Shown: positions 49,910 to 58,908 of the stretch, in pieces | Layout: each line of letters begins with the position of its first letter | Numbering within the stretch: the first letter of the stretch is position 1 | Source: an uncultured Planctomycetales bacterium | GTDB taxonomy: Bacteria; Omnitrophota; Gorgyraeia; Zapsychrales; JAHFFX01 | Assembly (NCBI GenBank): GCA_964612665.1 | Contig: CAZTCI010000008.1 | Coordinates: 1,083 to 65,082 of the forward strand | Direction of reading: 5' to 3' | DNA length: 64,000 nt | Notes under the pieces: generated by a model | What the model saw: the letters and a program-made list of their open reading frames with translations, nothing else | The model's database searches: none | Told to the model about the DNA's origin: nothing | Made by a program: the position numbers and the translations under genes

Positions 49910-50905
49910 GTGAAGATAATCGTTGACGCGATGGGAGGCGATCACGCTCCGCAAGCCATTATTGCGGGTGTGGTTGAAGCCATTAAAGAATTTCATCCGC
50001 ATATTGTCCTCGTCGGTGACCAGGCCCGCGTTGAAACAGAGCTTAAAAAACATACCTTTCCCCGAGACTACATCGAAATCGTTCATGCGCCTGAATCAAT
50101 CGATATGCATGAACCCGCGACCGCCAGTATCCGTAAGAAAAAAAATTCCTCAATCTCAATCGGAATTAATCTTTTAAAAGATCCAAAATACAGCGCCTTT
50201 ATCAGTGCCGGCAACACCGGCGCGGTTGTGTGCGCTTCCACTGTTTATCTGGGAATGATTCCCGGCGTTGAACGCCCGGGCATTGGACTTGCCATTCCAA
50301 CCTTGGATAAATTGTCGCTCTTGCTTGATATCGGTGCGAACGCGGATCCCAAGGCGCCGCATCTTTTGCAGTATGCGGTTATGGCCAGTGTCTATGTGCG
50401 TGAGGTTTTAGATATTCCGAATCCGCGCATCGGGCTGGTTAATATCGGTGAGGAAGAAGGCAAGGGAACGGAGTTTCAAAAAGAAACGTATAAGCTCATG
50501 GCTGATAAATTAAAGAATTTTATCGGCAACATTGAACCTAACGAAATTTTTTCCGGAAAGTGCGATTGTATTATTTGCGATGGGTTCGTCGGGAATGTCA
50601 TGATCAAAGTCTCCGAAGGTTTAACCGAATCCGCCGGCACGCTTATTAAACGTGAAATTGGAAAAAGTCCGCTTGCACTCCTCGGCGCGTGGCTTATGAA
50701 ATCCCGCTTAATGCATGTTAAAAAATTAGTCGATTATTCTGAATACGGCGGCGCGCCGCTGCTCGGTGTTAACGGTGTTGTTATGATCAGCCACGGGCGC
50801 TCAAGTCCAAAGGCAATTAAAAACGCGATCCGCTCAACCCAGCGCGAAATTGAACACAATATTCTTTCTACCTTAAAGACTGAGGTCTCTGGGACATCCG
50901 CATGA
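49910..50905 (+). CDS. plsX: Phosphate acyltransferase PlsX.
   Basis: The start is GTG. The N-terminus is MKIIVDAMGGDHAPQAII. It shows the classic rpmF-plsX-fabH linkage. Confidence 0.9.
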   Translation: MKIIVDAMGGDHAPQAIIAGVVEAIKEFHPHIVLVGDQARVETELKKHTFPRDYIEIVHAPESIDMHEPATASIRKKKNSSISIGINLLKDPKYSAFISAGNTGAVVCASTVYLGMIPGVERPGIGLAIPTLDKLSLLLDIGANADPKAPHLLQYAVMASVYVREVLDIPNPRIGLVNIGEEEGKGTEFQKETYKLMADKLKNFIGNIEPNEIFSGKCDCIICDGFVGNVMIKVSEGLTESAGTLIKREIGKSPLALLGAWLMKSRLMHVKKLVDYSEYGGAPLLGVNGVVMISHGRSSPKAIKNAIRSTQREIEHNILSTLKTEVSGTSA

Positions 50906-51879
50906 AAAATATTGGTATTATTGGCCTCGGACATTACCTGCCGCATCGACGTCTCACCAATTCTGATCTTGAAAAAATAGTTGATACGACCGATGAATGG
51001 ATCACGAGCCGCACGGGTATCAAAGAGCGCCGCATCGCCGCTCAAGGCGAGAAGACGAGTCACTTGGCGGTTATGGCCGCTCAGGAAGCATTAAAGAACG
51101 CCCATCTTTCACCGGAAGCAATCGACTTAATCATCGTCGCGACGGTCAGTCCCGACAGCAATTTCCCTTCAACCGCTTGTCTTGTCCAAAAAACAATCGG
51201 CGCCAAAAACGCCGCGGCCTTTGATTTAAGCGCCGCGTGCGCCGGTTATCTTTATGCCATCACCACTGGCAAACAATTTATTCAAAGTGGACTTTACAAA
51301 AAAGTTTTAGTTATCGCATCCGAACGCATCACGTCTTTACTTGATTGGAAAGACAGAAATACTTGCGTGCTTTTCGGCGATGGCGCTGGCGCTTGTGTTC
51401 TTTCTGAAGTTGACAAAGGCGGCATTGTTTCTGAATATCTTTTTAGTCAGGGTGAGTATGGTGATTTGATGACGGTTATGGTGGATGATAGCCGCGACGT
51501 CATGGACCAAGACACGCTGCATGTCAAAATCCCGTCGGTTGTGATGCAGGGAAAGGAACTTTTTAAATTTGCGGTGAATTCCATGGCGGATGCCGTCGAG
51601 ATGGTCGTTAAAAAAGCCGGGATTCATCTTTCCGACATTAACTGTGTTGTGCCGCATCAGGCGAACGACCGGATTATCTCGGCGGTGGCGAAGAAACTTG
51701 AAATTCCGAAAGAAAAAATTTTTGTAAACATTCATCGCTATGGAAATATGTCAGCGGCGTCGATCGCCGTTGCTTTGTACGAGGCGGTTGAACAGGGACG
51801 GATTCGAAAGGGAGACACGGTTGTCTTGGTTGCGTTTGGGGCGGGGTTGGTGAGTGGGGCTAGTGTGGTGGTGTGGTAG
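50902..51879 (+). CDS. fabH: 3-oxoacyl-ACP synthase III (FabH).
   Basis: The N-terminus is IGIIGLGHYLPHRRLTNSDLEKIVDTTDEWITSRTGIKERRIA, and the active-site region follows. There is an ATGA overlap with plsX. Confidence 0.9.
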   Translation: MKNIGIIGLGHYLPHRRLTNSDLEKIVDTTDEWITSRTGIKERRIAAQGEKTSHLAVMAAQEALKNAHLSPEAIDLIIVATVSPDSNFPSTACLVQKTIGAKNAAAFDLSAACAGYLYAITTGKQFIQSGLYKKVLVIASERITSLLDWKDRNTCVLFGDGAGACVLSEVDKGGIVSEYLFSQGEYGDLMTVMVDDSRDVMDQDTLHVKIPSVVMQGKELFKFAVNSMADAVEMVVKKAGIHLSDINCVVPHQANDRIISAVAKKLEIPKEKIFVNIHRYGNMSAASIAVALYEAVEQGRIRKGDTVVLVAFGAGLVSGASVVVW

Positions 51880-51893
51880 TTTCGTCTTAATTG

Positions 51894-51937
51894 GTCGTTC
51901 GTTTTTCGTTGTTCGAGGAATTCGTTCTTTTAAAAGT
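51894..51937. repeat. Left terminal inverted repeat of the four-helix-bundle gene cassette.
   Basis: tcgttcgtttttcgttgttcgaggaattcgttcttttaaaag. The reverse complement of 52328-52363 matches a 26-bp perfect core (cgttgttcgaggaattcgttctttta). Confidence 0.7.
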
Positions 51938-51952
51938 ATTCAACAAGAGGAG

Positions 51953-52324
51953 ATGACAACTATGAAAGTAAAGAATTATAAAGACTTGGATGTTTGGAAC
52001 AAAGGCATCGATATTGTGGATAGCATTTATGATCTTACTGAAAATTATCCTGCGAAAGAACAATACGGTTTGGTTGTCCAGATGCGAAAAGCTGCTGTCA
52101 ATATTCCCTCGAATATCGCTGAAGGATTTATTCGTCAGCATAATAAAGAGTTTGTTCAATTCTTATATGTATCATTAGGTTCAGCCGCAGAATTAGAAAC
52201 TCAACTGATCATTTCTTACAGACGAAAGTTTATTCAAGAATCCAACTTAATTGATTTACAAGAAGCCCTTGATCATGAGAGCCGTATGCTGATGAATTTT
52301 ATTAAAAGTTTAAAACAAAAATAA
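51953..52324 (+). CDS. Four-helix-bundle protein (TIGR02436, the '23S rRNA intervening-sequence protein' family).
   Basis: The family signature is (MTT)MKVKNYKDLDVWNKGIDIVDSIYDLTENYPAKEQYGLVVQMRKAAVNIPSNIAEGF..SLGSAAELETQLIIS. There is an AAGAGGAG RBS. The protein is ~123 aa. Confidence 0.8.
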   Translation: MTTMKVKNYKDLDVWNKGIDIVDSIYDLTENYPAKEQYGLVVQMRKAAVNIPSNIAEGFIRQHNKEFVQFLYVSLGSAAELETQLIISYRRKFIQESNLIDLQEALDHESRMLMNFIKSLKQK

Positions 52325-52327
52325 CAA

Positions 52328-52363
52328 CTAAAAGAACGAATTCCTCGAACAACGAACGACGAA
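52328..52363. repeat. Right terminal inverted repeat of the four-helix-bundle gene cassette; it abuts the fabD start.
   Basis: ctaaaagaacgaattcctcgaacaacgaacgacgaa is the reverse complement of the left inverted repeat. Confidence 0.7.
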
Positions 52364-53287
52364 ATGACAAATATAGCTCTAATTTTCCCCGGCCAAGGCG
52401 CCCAGCGCGTCGGCATGGGCAGGGAATTTTACGAAAACTCCGCCGAAGCGCGCGCGGTTTTTGATGCGGCTGATAAAATTCTAGGTAACGGTCTAAGCTC
52501 CGTTATCTTCAACGGCCCGCCGGAGCAATTGACGTCGACTACTTTTTGCCAGTCAGGGATTCTAACTTGTAGTGTTGCCATTCTTAAAGCTTTTCAACAG
52601 CATTCTAAATTTAAAGAAGTGAATGTGAAGTTTACCGCGGGTTTAAGTCTTGGCGAATATCCGGCGCTTGTCGCGGCGGATGCCTTGGGATTTGAAGAAG
52701 CGTTGCGTTTGGTTGAACGCCGTTCGTTTTTTATGGAAGAAGCGACCAAACTCGAAAAAGGCGCGATGGCGGCGGTGATTGGATTTAATAAGGAACGTTT
52801 GGTTGCGATTTGTCAGCAAACCGGCGCGCAAATCGCCAATTACAATTCACCCGAACAAATTGTTATTACCGGTCAAGCCGCGAAAGTTGAGGCGGCCTGC
52901 CGCCTTATTAAGGAAGAGGGAGCGAAGACGGTTATTCCGCTTGATGTGAGCGGCGCTTTTCATTCGAGTCTCATGCAGTCCGCTTCCGATAAGTTCGCCC
53001 AGGAATTAAAAAATTTTAAATTCACGCGGGCGGCCATCGACGTTATTTCCAACGTAAATGGCCGCCCACAGCGCGACCCCGCCGAAATCCAAAACAATCT
53101 CGCCCAACAAATCGTTTCTTCAGTCCAATGGGAACAATCCGTCCGTTATATCGCCGGTTGTGGCGTCACAACATTTATTGAAATAGGTCCTGGAAAAGTT
53201 TTAAAAGGTCTTCTGCGCAAAACCGATCCCAATCTCCGTGTTTTTAATATTGAAACGCCAGGAGATTTAGAAAATTTAGTATTATAA
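52364..53287 (+). CDS. fabD: Malonyl-CoA:ACP transacylase (FabD).
   Basis: IALIFPGQGAQRVGMG is followed by the GLSLGEYPALVAADAL active-site serine motif. Confidence 0.9.
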   Translation: MTNIALIFPGQGAQRVGMGREFYENSAEARAVFDAADKILGNGLSSVIFNGPPEQLTSTTFCQSGILTCSVAILKAFQQHSKFKEVNVKFTAGLSLGEYPALVAADALGFEEALRLVERRSFFMEEATKLEKGAMAAVIGFNKERLVAICQQTGAQIANYNSPEQIVITGQAAKVEAACRLIKEEGAKTVIPLDVSGAFHSSLMQSASDKFAQELKNFKFTRAAIDVISNVNGRPQRDPAEIQNNLAQQIVSSVQWEQSVRYIAGCGVTTFIEIGPGKVLKGLLRKTDPNLRVFNIETPGDLENLVL

Positions 53288-53312
53288 AGAAAGTCTTTTC
53301 TATCGTAATAAG

Positions 53313-53361
53313 CGCGGGGCTGGTCGATCAAAAAACGGATCGACCAGCCCCGCGCGTTTTT
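53313..53361. terminator. Bidirectional rho-independent terminator between convergent genes.
   Basis: cgcggggctggtcgatc-aaaaaacg-gatcgaccagccccgcg is followed by ttttt and preceded by aaa. Confidence 0.75.
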
Positions 53362-53404
53362 ATGATTTTTCTAATCGCCAAACTCGAGTAGCTGTTACTG
53401 CCGG

Positions 53405-56400
53405 TTAGTTTTTTATCGTCAAACTAACCGCTGTTGTGCTCGTTGAATTGCCAGCGGCATCACGAGCGACAGCCGTTAAACTGTGCGTTCCATTGCCAAC
53501 CGTAGTTGTGTTCCAAATGACCGAGAAGGGCACAGAAGTCACTTCACTTCCTAAATTATTTCCATCAAGTTTAAATTGAACACCAACCACTCCAGCATTG
53601 TTAGAAGAACTGGTCAAAACATTCACGCTGGTCCCGGACACCGTGCTGGCGTTGACCGGCGTTGTTATGGAAACAGACGGCGGCTTCGGGTCATCGAGAA
53701 TGCCGATATCCGGTGCATTTTTCATGTAAGTGATTGTCTGAGTTAATCCAGTTGTGGGATCAATATAAGATTCTTGAACACCGGTTTGCGCCGATGGTCC
53801 ACCTGGTTTTGCCGTGAATGCCGTACGGATCGTGTTTTGCACGAAAGCCACTTTCTGAGCGATCGTAGTGACACTCGCTGGAAAATTGACCACAATCTTA
53901 CCCGAACTATCTTTAAAAACCGCAGGATTAATCAGATAGGGGGTGGCGGTTAAATCATCCTTGAGATTATTGGAACAGGCAGGCGTCAGACAACCGGATA
54001 TCTGCAGAAGTTTATTGACCGGCGCAAGCAGATCGATGTTGTTCTTGAATTTCGTAATGAGAACTGGATGCGCAATCCAGATACCCGAGGTGGTGTTATC
54101 AATGTCTATATTATTGAGTGCTGTCACTCCGTCTACACGAAGACTAAATCCCTCGTGATTATGGTAACTGATATTGTTGATATAAGCGTCATTATTTACG
54201 TATTGAAAAACTTTAAACCCGTTAGGCCCTGTCCCGGAGTGAATGGAACAGCAGTCCATCGCAACGTTGTCTTTGACCAACGAATCAGAGAACGAGAAGT
54301 CATAAATATCATCTGAATTGTGAAGACCGACATTGCCGGAGATGGTATTGTACTGACAATAAGTCACGGGAGGTGTCACGGTATTGTCCTGGCACCCTTT
54401 GTAAACGGTCAGGCCGTCAGAATTGCCGCCGCCATCCGTATCGCCAGCCGCTTTTAACACCACATTGCCGTCGGGCTGGTAGCCGTTATCGTGAAGATAT
54501 GAATCTGCAATGACGTTGTAATCCGCGCGTTTTTTGTCATCGGGCCGTATAAGAATGCCGCTGCCATGACGGTTACGATAAGATTCAACGTTCTTGACGG
54601 TATTATGGCTGCTGGCCATATAAATTCCAGCTTCCCAATTATCATGAACGTTCATGTTCTCGACGTAGCTGTAGTCGCCATTGATGTAAACGCCCCAACG
54701 ATTGGCGTTGGTTACCTCGAGTCCTTTGACTTGATTGTAGCTGGCTTCGATGTCGATCAGCTTTTCGTTGGTACTGGAACTGGTAGGGCCGTCAGCCAAA
54801 CCATCATTGTTTAAGTCCCGGTCTTCAAACCCGCGGCCGACAAGGACCACTTGTTCGTTCGCATAATTCTGAACAACGATGGGCGCTGTTGCCGTTCCGG
54901 GAATCGCGAGTTTGAAAAATTCCCGGTTGGCGTCGTTATGAACATAGGTCCCGCCCCGGATCAAGACCGTCGTCCCAGGTGTTAAGATTGTTTCAACGCT
55001 GTTTAGGTCTTTGTAAGCTTTTTGCGTTCCTGCTCCGCAGCTTCGTGCCGCGACAGAATAATTAACGCAGGACGCGAGTGTTAGCTGACCGTCAACGTAG
55101 ATGTAACTGACAGCCGACGTACTGATACTGATCGTGATAACACTTGATGTCGTCGAATTGCCGACGGCATCGCGGGCCACAGCGGTTAATGTATGAGACC
55201 CGCTGGAAAATTGCGTTGCGTCCATAATGATACTGTAGGGCGGCGCAGTCACTTCACTCCCTAAATTATTTCCATCCATTTTAAATTGAACTCCGACTAC
55301 ACCGACATTGTCCGAAGCGCTGGCGGATACCGGAACATTGGTTCCGGAGACGATTGAATTGTTGCCCGGCGCTGTTATTGAAACGGCCGGTGGTGTCCAA
55401 TCATTGTTGACATTAACCGTCACCGTCGAAGATACGGCTGTATTTCCAACGGTATCGCGGGCCACGGCTTTGAGGATATGCAAACCATTGGCGATTTTTG
55501 TTGTATCAAACAGGACGCTGTAGGGAGAAGTTGTATCTTCATCGCCCAAATTGGAACTATCCATCAAAAATTGAACACCAACGACACCAACATTGTCAGA
55601 AGCATTGGCGGAAACCATAACGCCCGCGCCCGAAACAGTAATATTGTTGGTCGGCGCCGAAATAGAAACGGTTGGAGGCGTGTTGTCAATGGTCACGGTG
55701 ATGCTCGATGAAGTCGTAGAATTCCCGGCGGCATCGCGGGCCACGGCGGTAAGTTTGTGAACGCCGCTCGTGAATTGTGTTGAATCCATGACGATGCTGT
55801 AAGGATACGCGGTGTCTTCCGCGCCCAAATTATTATCATCGAGTTTAAATTGAACGCCGGCAACTCCGATGTTATCCGAGACGCTGGCAGAAACGGTGAC
55901 ATTTGTTCCAGCAACCGTAACACCGGTGGCTGGGGCCGTGATTGAAACAGCTGGTGGAATCTGGTCCACGGGGCCAATATCAAAAGATGTTCCCGTATAC
56001 ACGGAGGCAATCAGACCCGTTGTTGGATCGATGTAAGTTGTTTGGGTTCCGGCTGATTTCGCGGGACTGTTAGAGACAGGAGAAAAAGCCGCCCGGACCG
56101 TTGTTTGTATGTAATCTACTTGCTGGGCAATGGTTGTGCGATCCGCAGGAAAAGTTACCACAAGATTGCCTGATGAATCCTTGAAGACAGAAGGATTAAC
56201 TAAATAACTACCCGGGTTGCTGTAAACGGCTAAATTGTTGGAGCAGACCGTTGTGCTACAGGGCTGAATCAAAAGCAGTTTCGCCGACGGAGCCATCATA
56301 TCGAGATTGTTTTTTAGGCTGATTGTGTCCGACGGAAAAGCCAGCCACATCCCAGTGATGCTGTTGTCGAGGCCAAGATTGTTAAGATATGTTCCGCCAT

Positions 56401-57457
56401 GAACACGGAAGTTGAACGCGTTGTTGTTATGATAACTGATGTTATTGACGTAGACTTGATTGAAACTGGGAATATTAACTGTGAATCCGTTTGCCGCGTT
56501 TCCGGTCGTACCGGATCCCATGGCAATATTGTCTTTGATAAGAGTGTTGGCCATCGTAATGTTGACGCCGTCACCGATATTGTGAAGAAGCACGTTGCCA
56601 ACAATCGCGTTATAGTTGCAGAGATTATCTGGATAAGTTACGGATGTCCCGCATCCGTTAAATCCAGTGATGCCAGTTGAAACACCTCCGCCGGTAGGAT
56701 CACCCGCCGCTGGCAAAACTTTTGTTCCATCTGCTTGATATCCATTATCATGAAAGAAAGATTGGGAAACAATATTGTGATCGATTCGTTCGAGGGCGAT
56801 GGGACGGAAAGCTAGACCACTGCCGTGCCGGTTATGATGGGATTCGACATTTTTGACGGTATTCGAACTTCCGTCGAGGGTGATACCGGCGTCCCAATTA
56901 TCATGAACGATAGAGTTTTCGATATTATTAAAGTTTCCAGCGACATAGACACCCCAACGGTTGGAATTCGTAACTTCCAGGCCTTTGATCTGATTGTAGT
57001 TTGATTCAACGTCAATCAGCTTTTCATTTGTATATGAGCCGCTGGAGCCGTCGGCGTAGCCGTCATTGTTTAAATCTTGGTCCAAAAACCCACGGCCTTT
57101 AAGGATGACTTGTTCGTTGCCGTAGTTTTGAAAAACGATGGGAGCCAAACTTGTTCCGGAAACCGAAAGTTTAAGAAATTCCCGGTTAGTGTCATTATGA
57201 ACATAAGTCCCGCTCCGGATAAAGACTGTGGTCCCCGCCGCAGCAACAGCCGCGGCTTCCTGAAGCGTTTTATAAGCGGTGCCGTCGGTCCCGGAACAAT
57301 TCCGGCCGGCGATTGAATAATTCCCGTTGCAGGTTGTTGTCAATTTGTTGTCGACGTAAAACACCGGAGAGGCAGAAATGGCGTCCGGCACACCGTGTAC
57401 CCAAAAAAATAGAATAAAAATAAAAAGACACAAAGAATCCCATATATGCTTTTTCAT
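53405..57457 (-). CDS. Secreted 1350-aa protein with two tandem right-handed beta-helix (pectate-lyase-fold-like) modules, each followed by three Ig-like domains.
   Basis: The signal peptide is MKKHIWDSLCLFIFILFFWVHG. The two halves are ~55% identical (..TVFIRSGTYVHNDTNREFLKL.. versus ..TVLIRGGTYVHNDANREFFKL..). It has the NxxG(D/N) turn pattern of parallel beta-helices. Six Ig-like domains repeat V(S/A)ITAP..TV(S/A)G..V.VSA.ASDN.GV.GVQF..D..NLG.E. Confidence 0.7.
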   Translation of the reverse strand: MKKHIWDSLCLFIFILFFWVHGVPDAISASPVFYVDNKLTTTCNGNYSIAGRNCSGTDGTAYKTLQEAAAVAAAGTTVFIRSGTYVHNDTNREFLKLSVSGTSLAPIVFQNYGNEQVILKGRGFLDQDLNNDGYADGSSGSYTNEKLIDVESNYNQIKGLEVTNSNRWGVYVAGNFNNIENSIVHDNWDAGITLDGSSNTVKNVESHHNRHGSGLAFRPIALERIDHNIVSQSFFHDNGYQADGTKVLPAAGDPTGGGVSTGITGFNGCGTSVTYPDNLCNYNAIVGNVLLHNIGDGVNITMANTLIKDNIAMGSGTTGNAANGFTVNIPSFNQVYVNNISYHNNNAFNFRVHGGTYLNNLGLDNSITGMWLAFPSDTISLKNNLDMMAPSAKLLLIQPCSTTVCSNNLAVYSNPGSYLVNPSVFKDSSGNLVVTFPADRTTIAQQVDYIQTTVRAAFSPVSNSPAKSAGTQTTYIDPTTGLIASVYTGTSFDIGPVDQIPPAVSITAPATGVTVAGTNVTVSASVSDNIGVAGVQFKLDDNNLGAEDTAYPYSIVMDSTQFTSGVHKLTAVARDAAGNSTTSSSITVTIDNTPPTVSISAPTNNITVSGAGVMVSANASDNVGVVGVQFLMDSSNLGDEDTTSPYSVLFDTTKIANGLHILKAVARDTVGNTAVSSTVTVNVNNDWTPPAVSITAPGNNSIVSGTNVPVSASASDNVGVVGVQFKMDGNNLGSEVTAPPYSIIMDATQFSSGSHTLTAVARDAVGNSTTSSVITISISTSAVSYIYVDGQLTLASCVNYSVAARSCGAGTQKAYKDLNSVETILTPGTTVLIRGGTYVHNDANREFFKLAIPGTATAPIVVQNYANEQVVLVGRGFEDRDLNNDGLADGPTSSSTNEKLIDIEASYNQVKGLEVTNANRWGVYINGDYSYVENMNVHDNWEAGIYMASSHNTVKNVESYRNRHGSGILIRPDDKKRADYNVIADSYLHDNGYQPDGNVVLKAAGDTDGGGNSDGLTVYKGCQDNTVTPPVTYCQYNTISGNVGLHNSDDIYDFSFSDSLVKDNVAMDCCSIHSGTGPNGFKVFQYVNNDAYINNISYHNHEGFSLRVDGVTALNNIDIDNTTSGIWIAHPVLITKFKNNIDLLAPVNKLLQISGCLTPACSNNLKDDLTATPYLINPAVFKDSSGKIVVNFPASVTTIAQKVAFVQNTIRTAFTAKPGGPSAQTGVQESYIDPTTGLTQTITYMKNAPDIGILDDPKPPSVSITTPVNASTVSGTSVNVLTSSSNNAGVVGVQFKLDGNNLGSEVTSVPFSVIWNTTTVGNGTHSLTAVARDAAGNSTSTTAVSLTIKN

Positions 57458-57655
57458 CTCGATAAAGCTCCTTTATTGTATAAAATCTTTAATAATAAGA
57501 ACTGTTATTCGGCTATTCCGCCGACTTTCCATGGCGCTGAGTTACTTTTAAAATCAATCCCAAGAAGAAACCATCCCAAGATGATAAGTGAACCGTTATG
57601 AACCAAAGGGATATTAAAAGTAACGGTTTTATCCGCAGTTATTTTTATAGAAGTC

Positions 57656-57785
57656 ATCTCATAAATGGCATTGAGCGGGCAGCGGGTGGCACGGCGAGCC
57701 GATTGTGGGAGGATCCACGCCGGGCGGAGGGGCCCACAAGCGGTTTGCCGTGACAGGACCCGCTGTCTTCGGCTATTTATGAGAT
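57656..57785 (+). ncRNA. Candidate structured small RNA or GC-rich rod-like hairpin element (strand unknown).
   Basis: A ~130-nt GC-rich island sits in an AT-rich divergent intergenic region. It is bounded by the inverted repeat atctcataaatgg/ctatttatgagat. Nested stems are cagcgggtggcacggc/gccgtgacaggacccgctg and ccgattgtggg/cccacaagcgg, with a 22-nt apical region. Confidence 0.3.
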
Positions 57786-58091
57786 ACGTTCTAGATTGTT
57801 GATTAGATAATTAAAGTATAGAATGCTGTTTACAGCGGATGCAAGTATTGTGGAGCAGAATGAGAAAATGTTTTCTCGTCGGAGAAATAAAGGATATCGT
57901 ACGCTTATAAATGCGGCATTTATTCAATTGTCAATCATCAAAAAAGTTTTTAACAGGCCGACTCTTTAATTGACTTTTAAAAAGGCTTAGGATATAAAAG
58001 CAATCAGGTTATCAATTTTCAGTGTAAGATTATTGTCTTATTCAATACCTATTCAATTTCCTACTTGATTGAATGGGGTTAAATCATCAAC

Positions 58092-58637
58092 ATGCCAATA
58101 AAAAAATCTCCCATCATTTATACAATCGGCCATTCCACGCACCCAATCGAAAAGTTTGTGGTGATTCTGAAAAACTTTAAGATCAAAGAATTAATTGATG
58201 TGCGCACGATTCCAAAATCCCGTTTTAATCCGCAGTTCAATCAAGAGGCGCTTTCGCGCAAACTAAAATTAGAACATATAATCTGCGAACATATGCCTGG
58301 CCTCGGCGGGCTGAGGCACGCTAAAAAAGATTCCATCAACAAAGCCTGGCGCAACGCCTCGTTTAGGGGATTCGCCGATTACATGCAGACCCCAGAGTTC
58401 GATGAGAATCTGCACCAACTTATCAAAAAATCTAAAAAACACCGGACCGTTATCATGTGCGCCGAAGCTGTGCCCTGGCGCTGCCACCGTTCGCTTATCG
58501 CGGATGCGTTGACTGCAGATGGGTTTGAAGTAAGAGACATCATGAGCGCGCATCAAGATACCGTGCATAAAATAAATCCAATGGCCAAGATTAAGGAAGG
58601 GAAAGTGCATTATCCAGGGGAACAGATGGAATTTTAA
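58092..58637 (+). CDS. DUF488-family protein.
   Basis: The N-terminus IYTIGHSTHPIEKFVVILKNFKIKELIDVRTIPKSRFNPQFN...GLGGLRH matches the DUF488 signature. Confidence 0.7.
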   Translation: MPIKKSPIIYTIGHSTHPIEKFVVILKNFKIKELIDVRTIPKSRFNPQFNQEALSRKLKLEHIICEHMPGLGGLRHAKKDSINKAWRNASFRGFADYMQTPEFDENLHQLIKKSKKHRTVIMCAEAVPWRCHRSLIADALTADGFEVRDIMSAHQDTVHKINPMAKIKEGKVHYPGEQMEF

Positions 58638-58696
58638 ATGATCAGGACTTTCGCGTTTGGCTGTTCTCTCACGGAGAACCTGTTCTGCCTTTTCTA

Positions 58697-58788
58697 CTGA
58701 CTTTTGCAATGCAAAAAGTCTAGTACTAAGGCCTTTTCTCCCCGAGAATGATAGAACAACTTTATCTTTGGGAGAGAAAAGGCCAGCA
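58697..58788 (+). repeat. ~95-bp structured repeat element, copy 3, immediately upstream of a signal-peptide gene.
   Basis: It aligns with copies 1 and 2: tactgacttttgcaatgcaaaaagtctagtactaaggccttttctcccc...gggagagaaaaggccagcaa. Confidence 0.7.
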
Positions 58789-58908
58789 ATACTAATGAAG
58801 GCAGAGCTGGTTCTCAGTTCGTTCACAACCAAACGCGAAAGTCCTAATGATGTAACAATTACAGAAATCGGCTCAGTTGTGAACTTAACATTAACGAAAG
58901 GAGACTTC

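Noticed and set aside
57077-57316. 79-aa + strand ORF near the 5' end of the beta-helix gene.
   Set aside because: It is entirely antisense to the 53405-57457 CDS and has no independent support.
57656-57785. Identification of the GC-rich hairpin as SRP (4.5S) RNA or 6S RNA.
   Set aside because: It lacks the conserved SRP domain IV motif (GGAA tetraloop / AGCAGCC internal loop) and is too short for 6S RNA. It is kept only as an unclassified candidate ncRNA.
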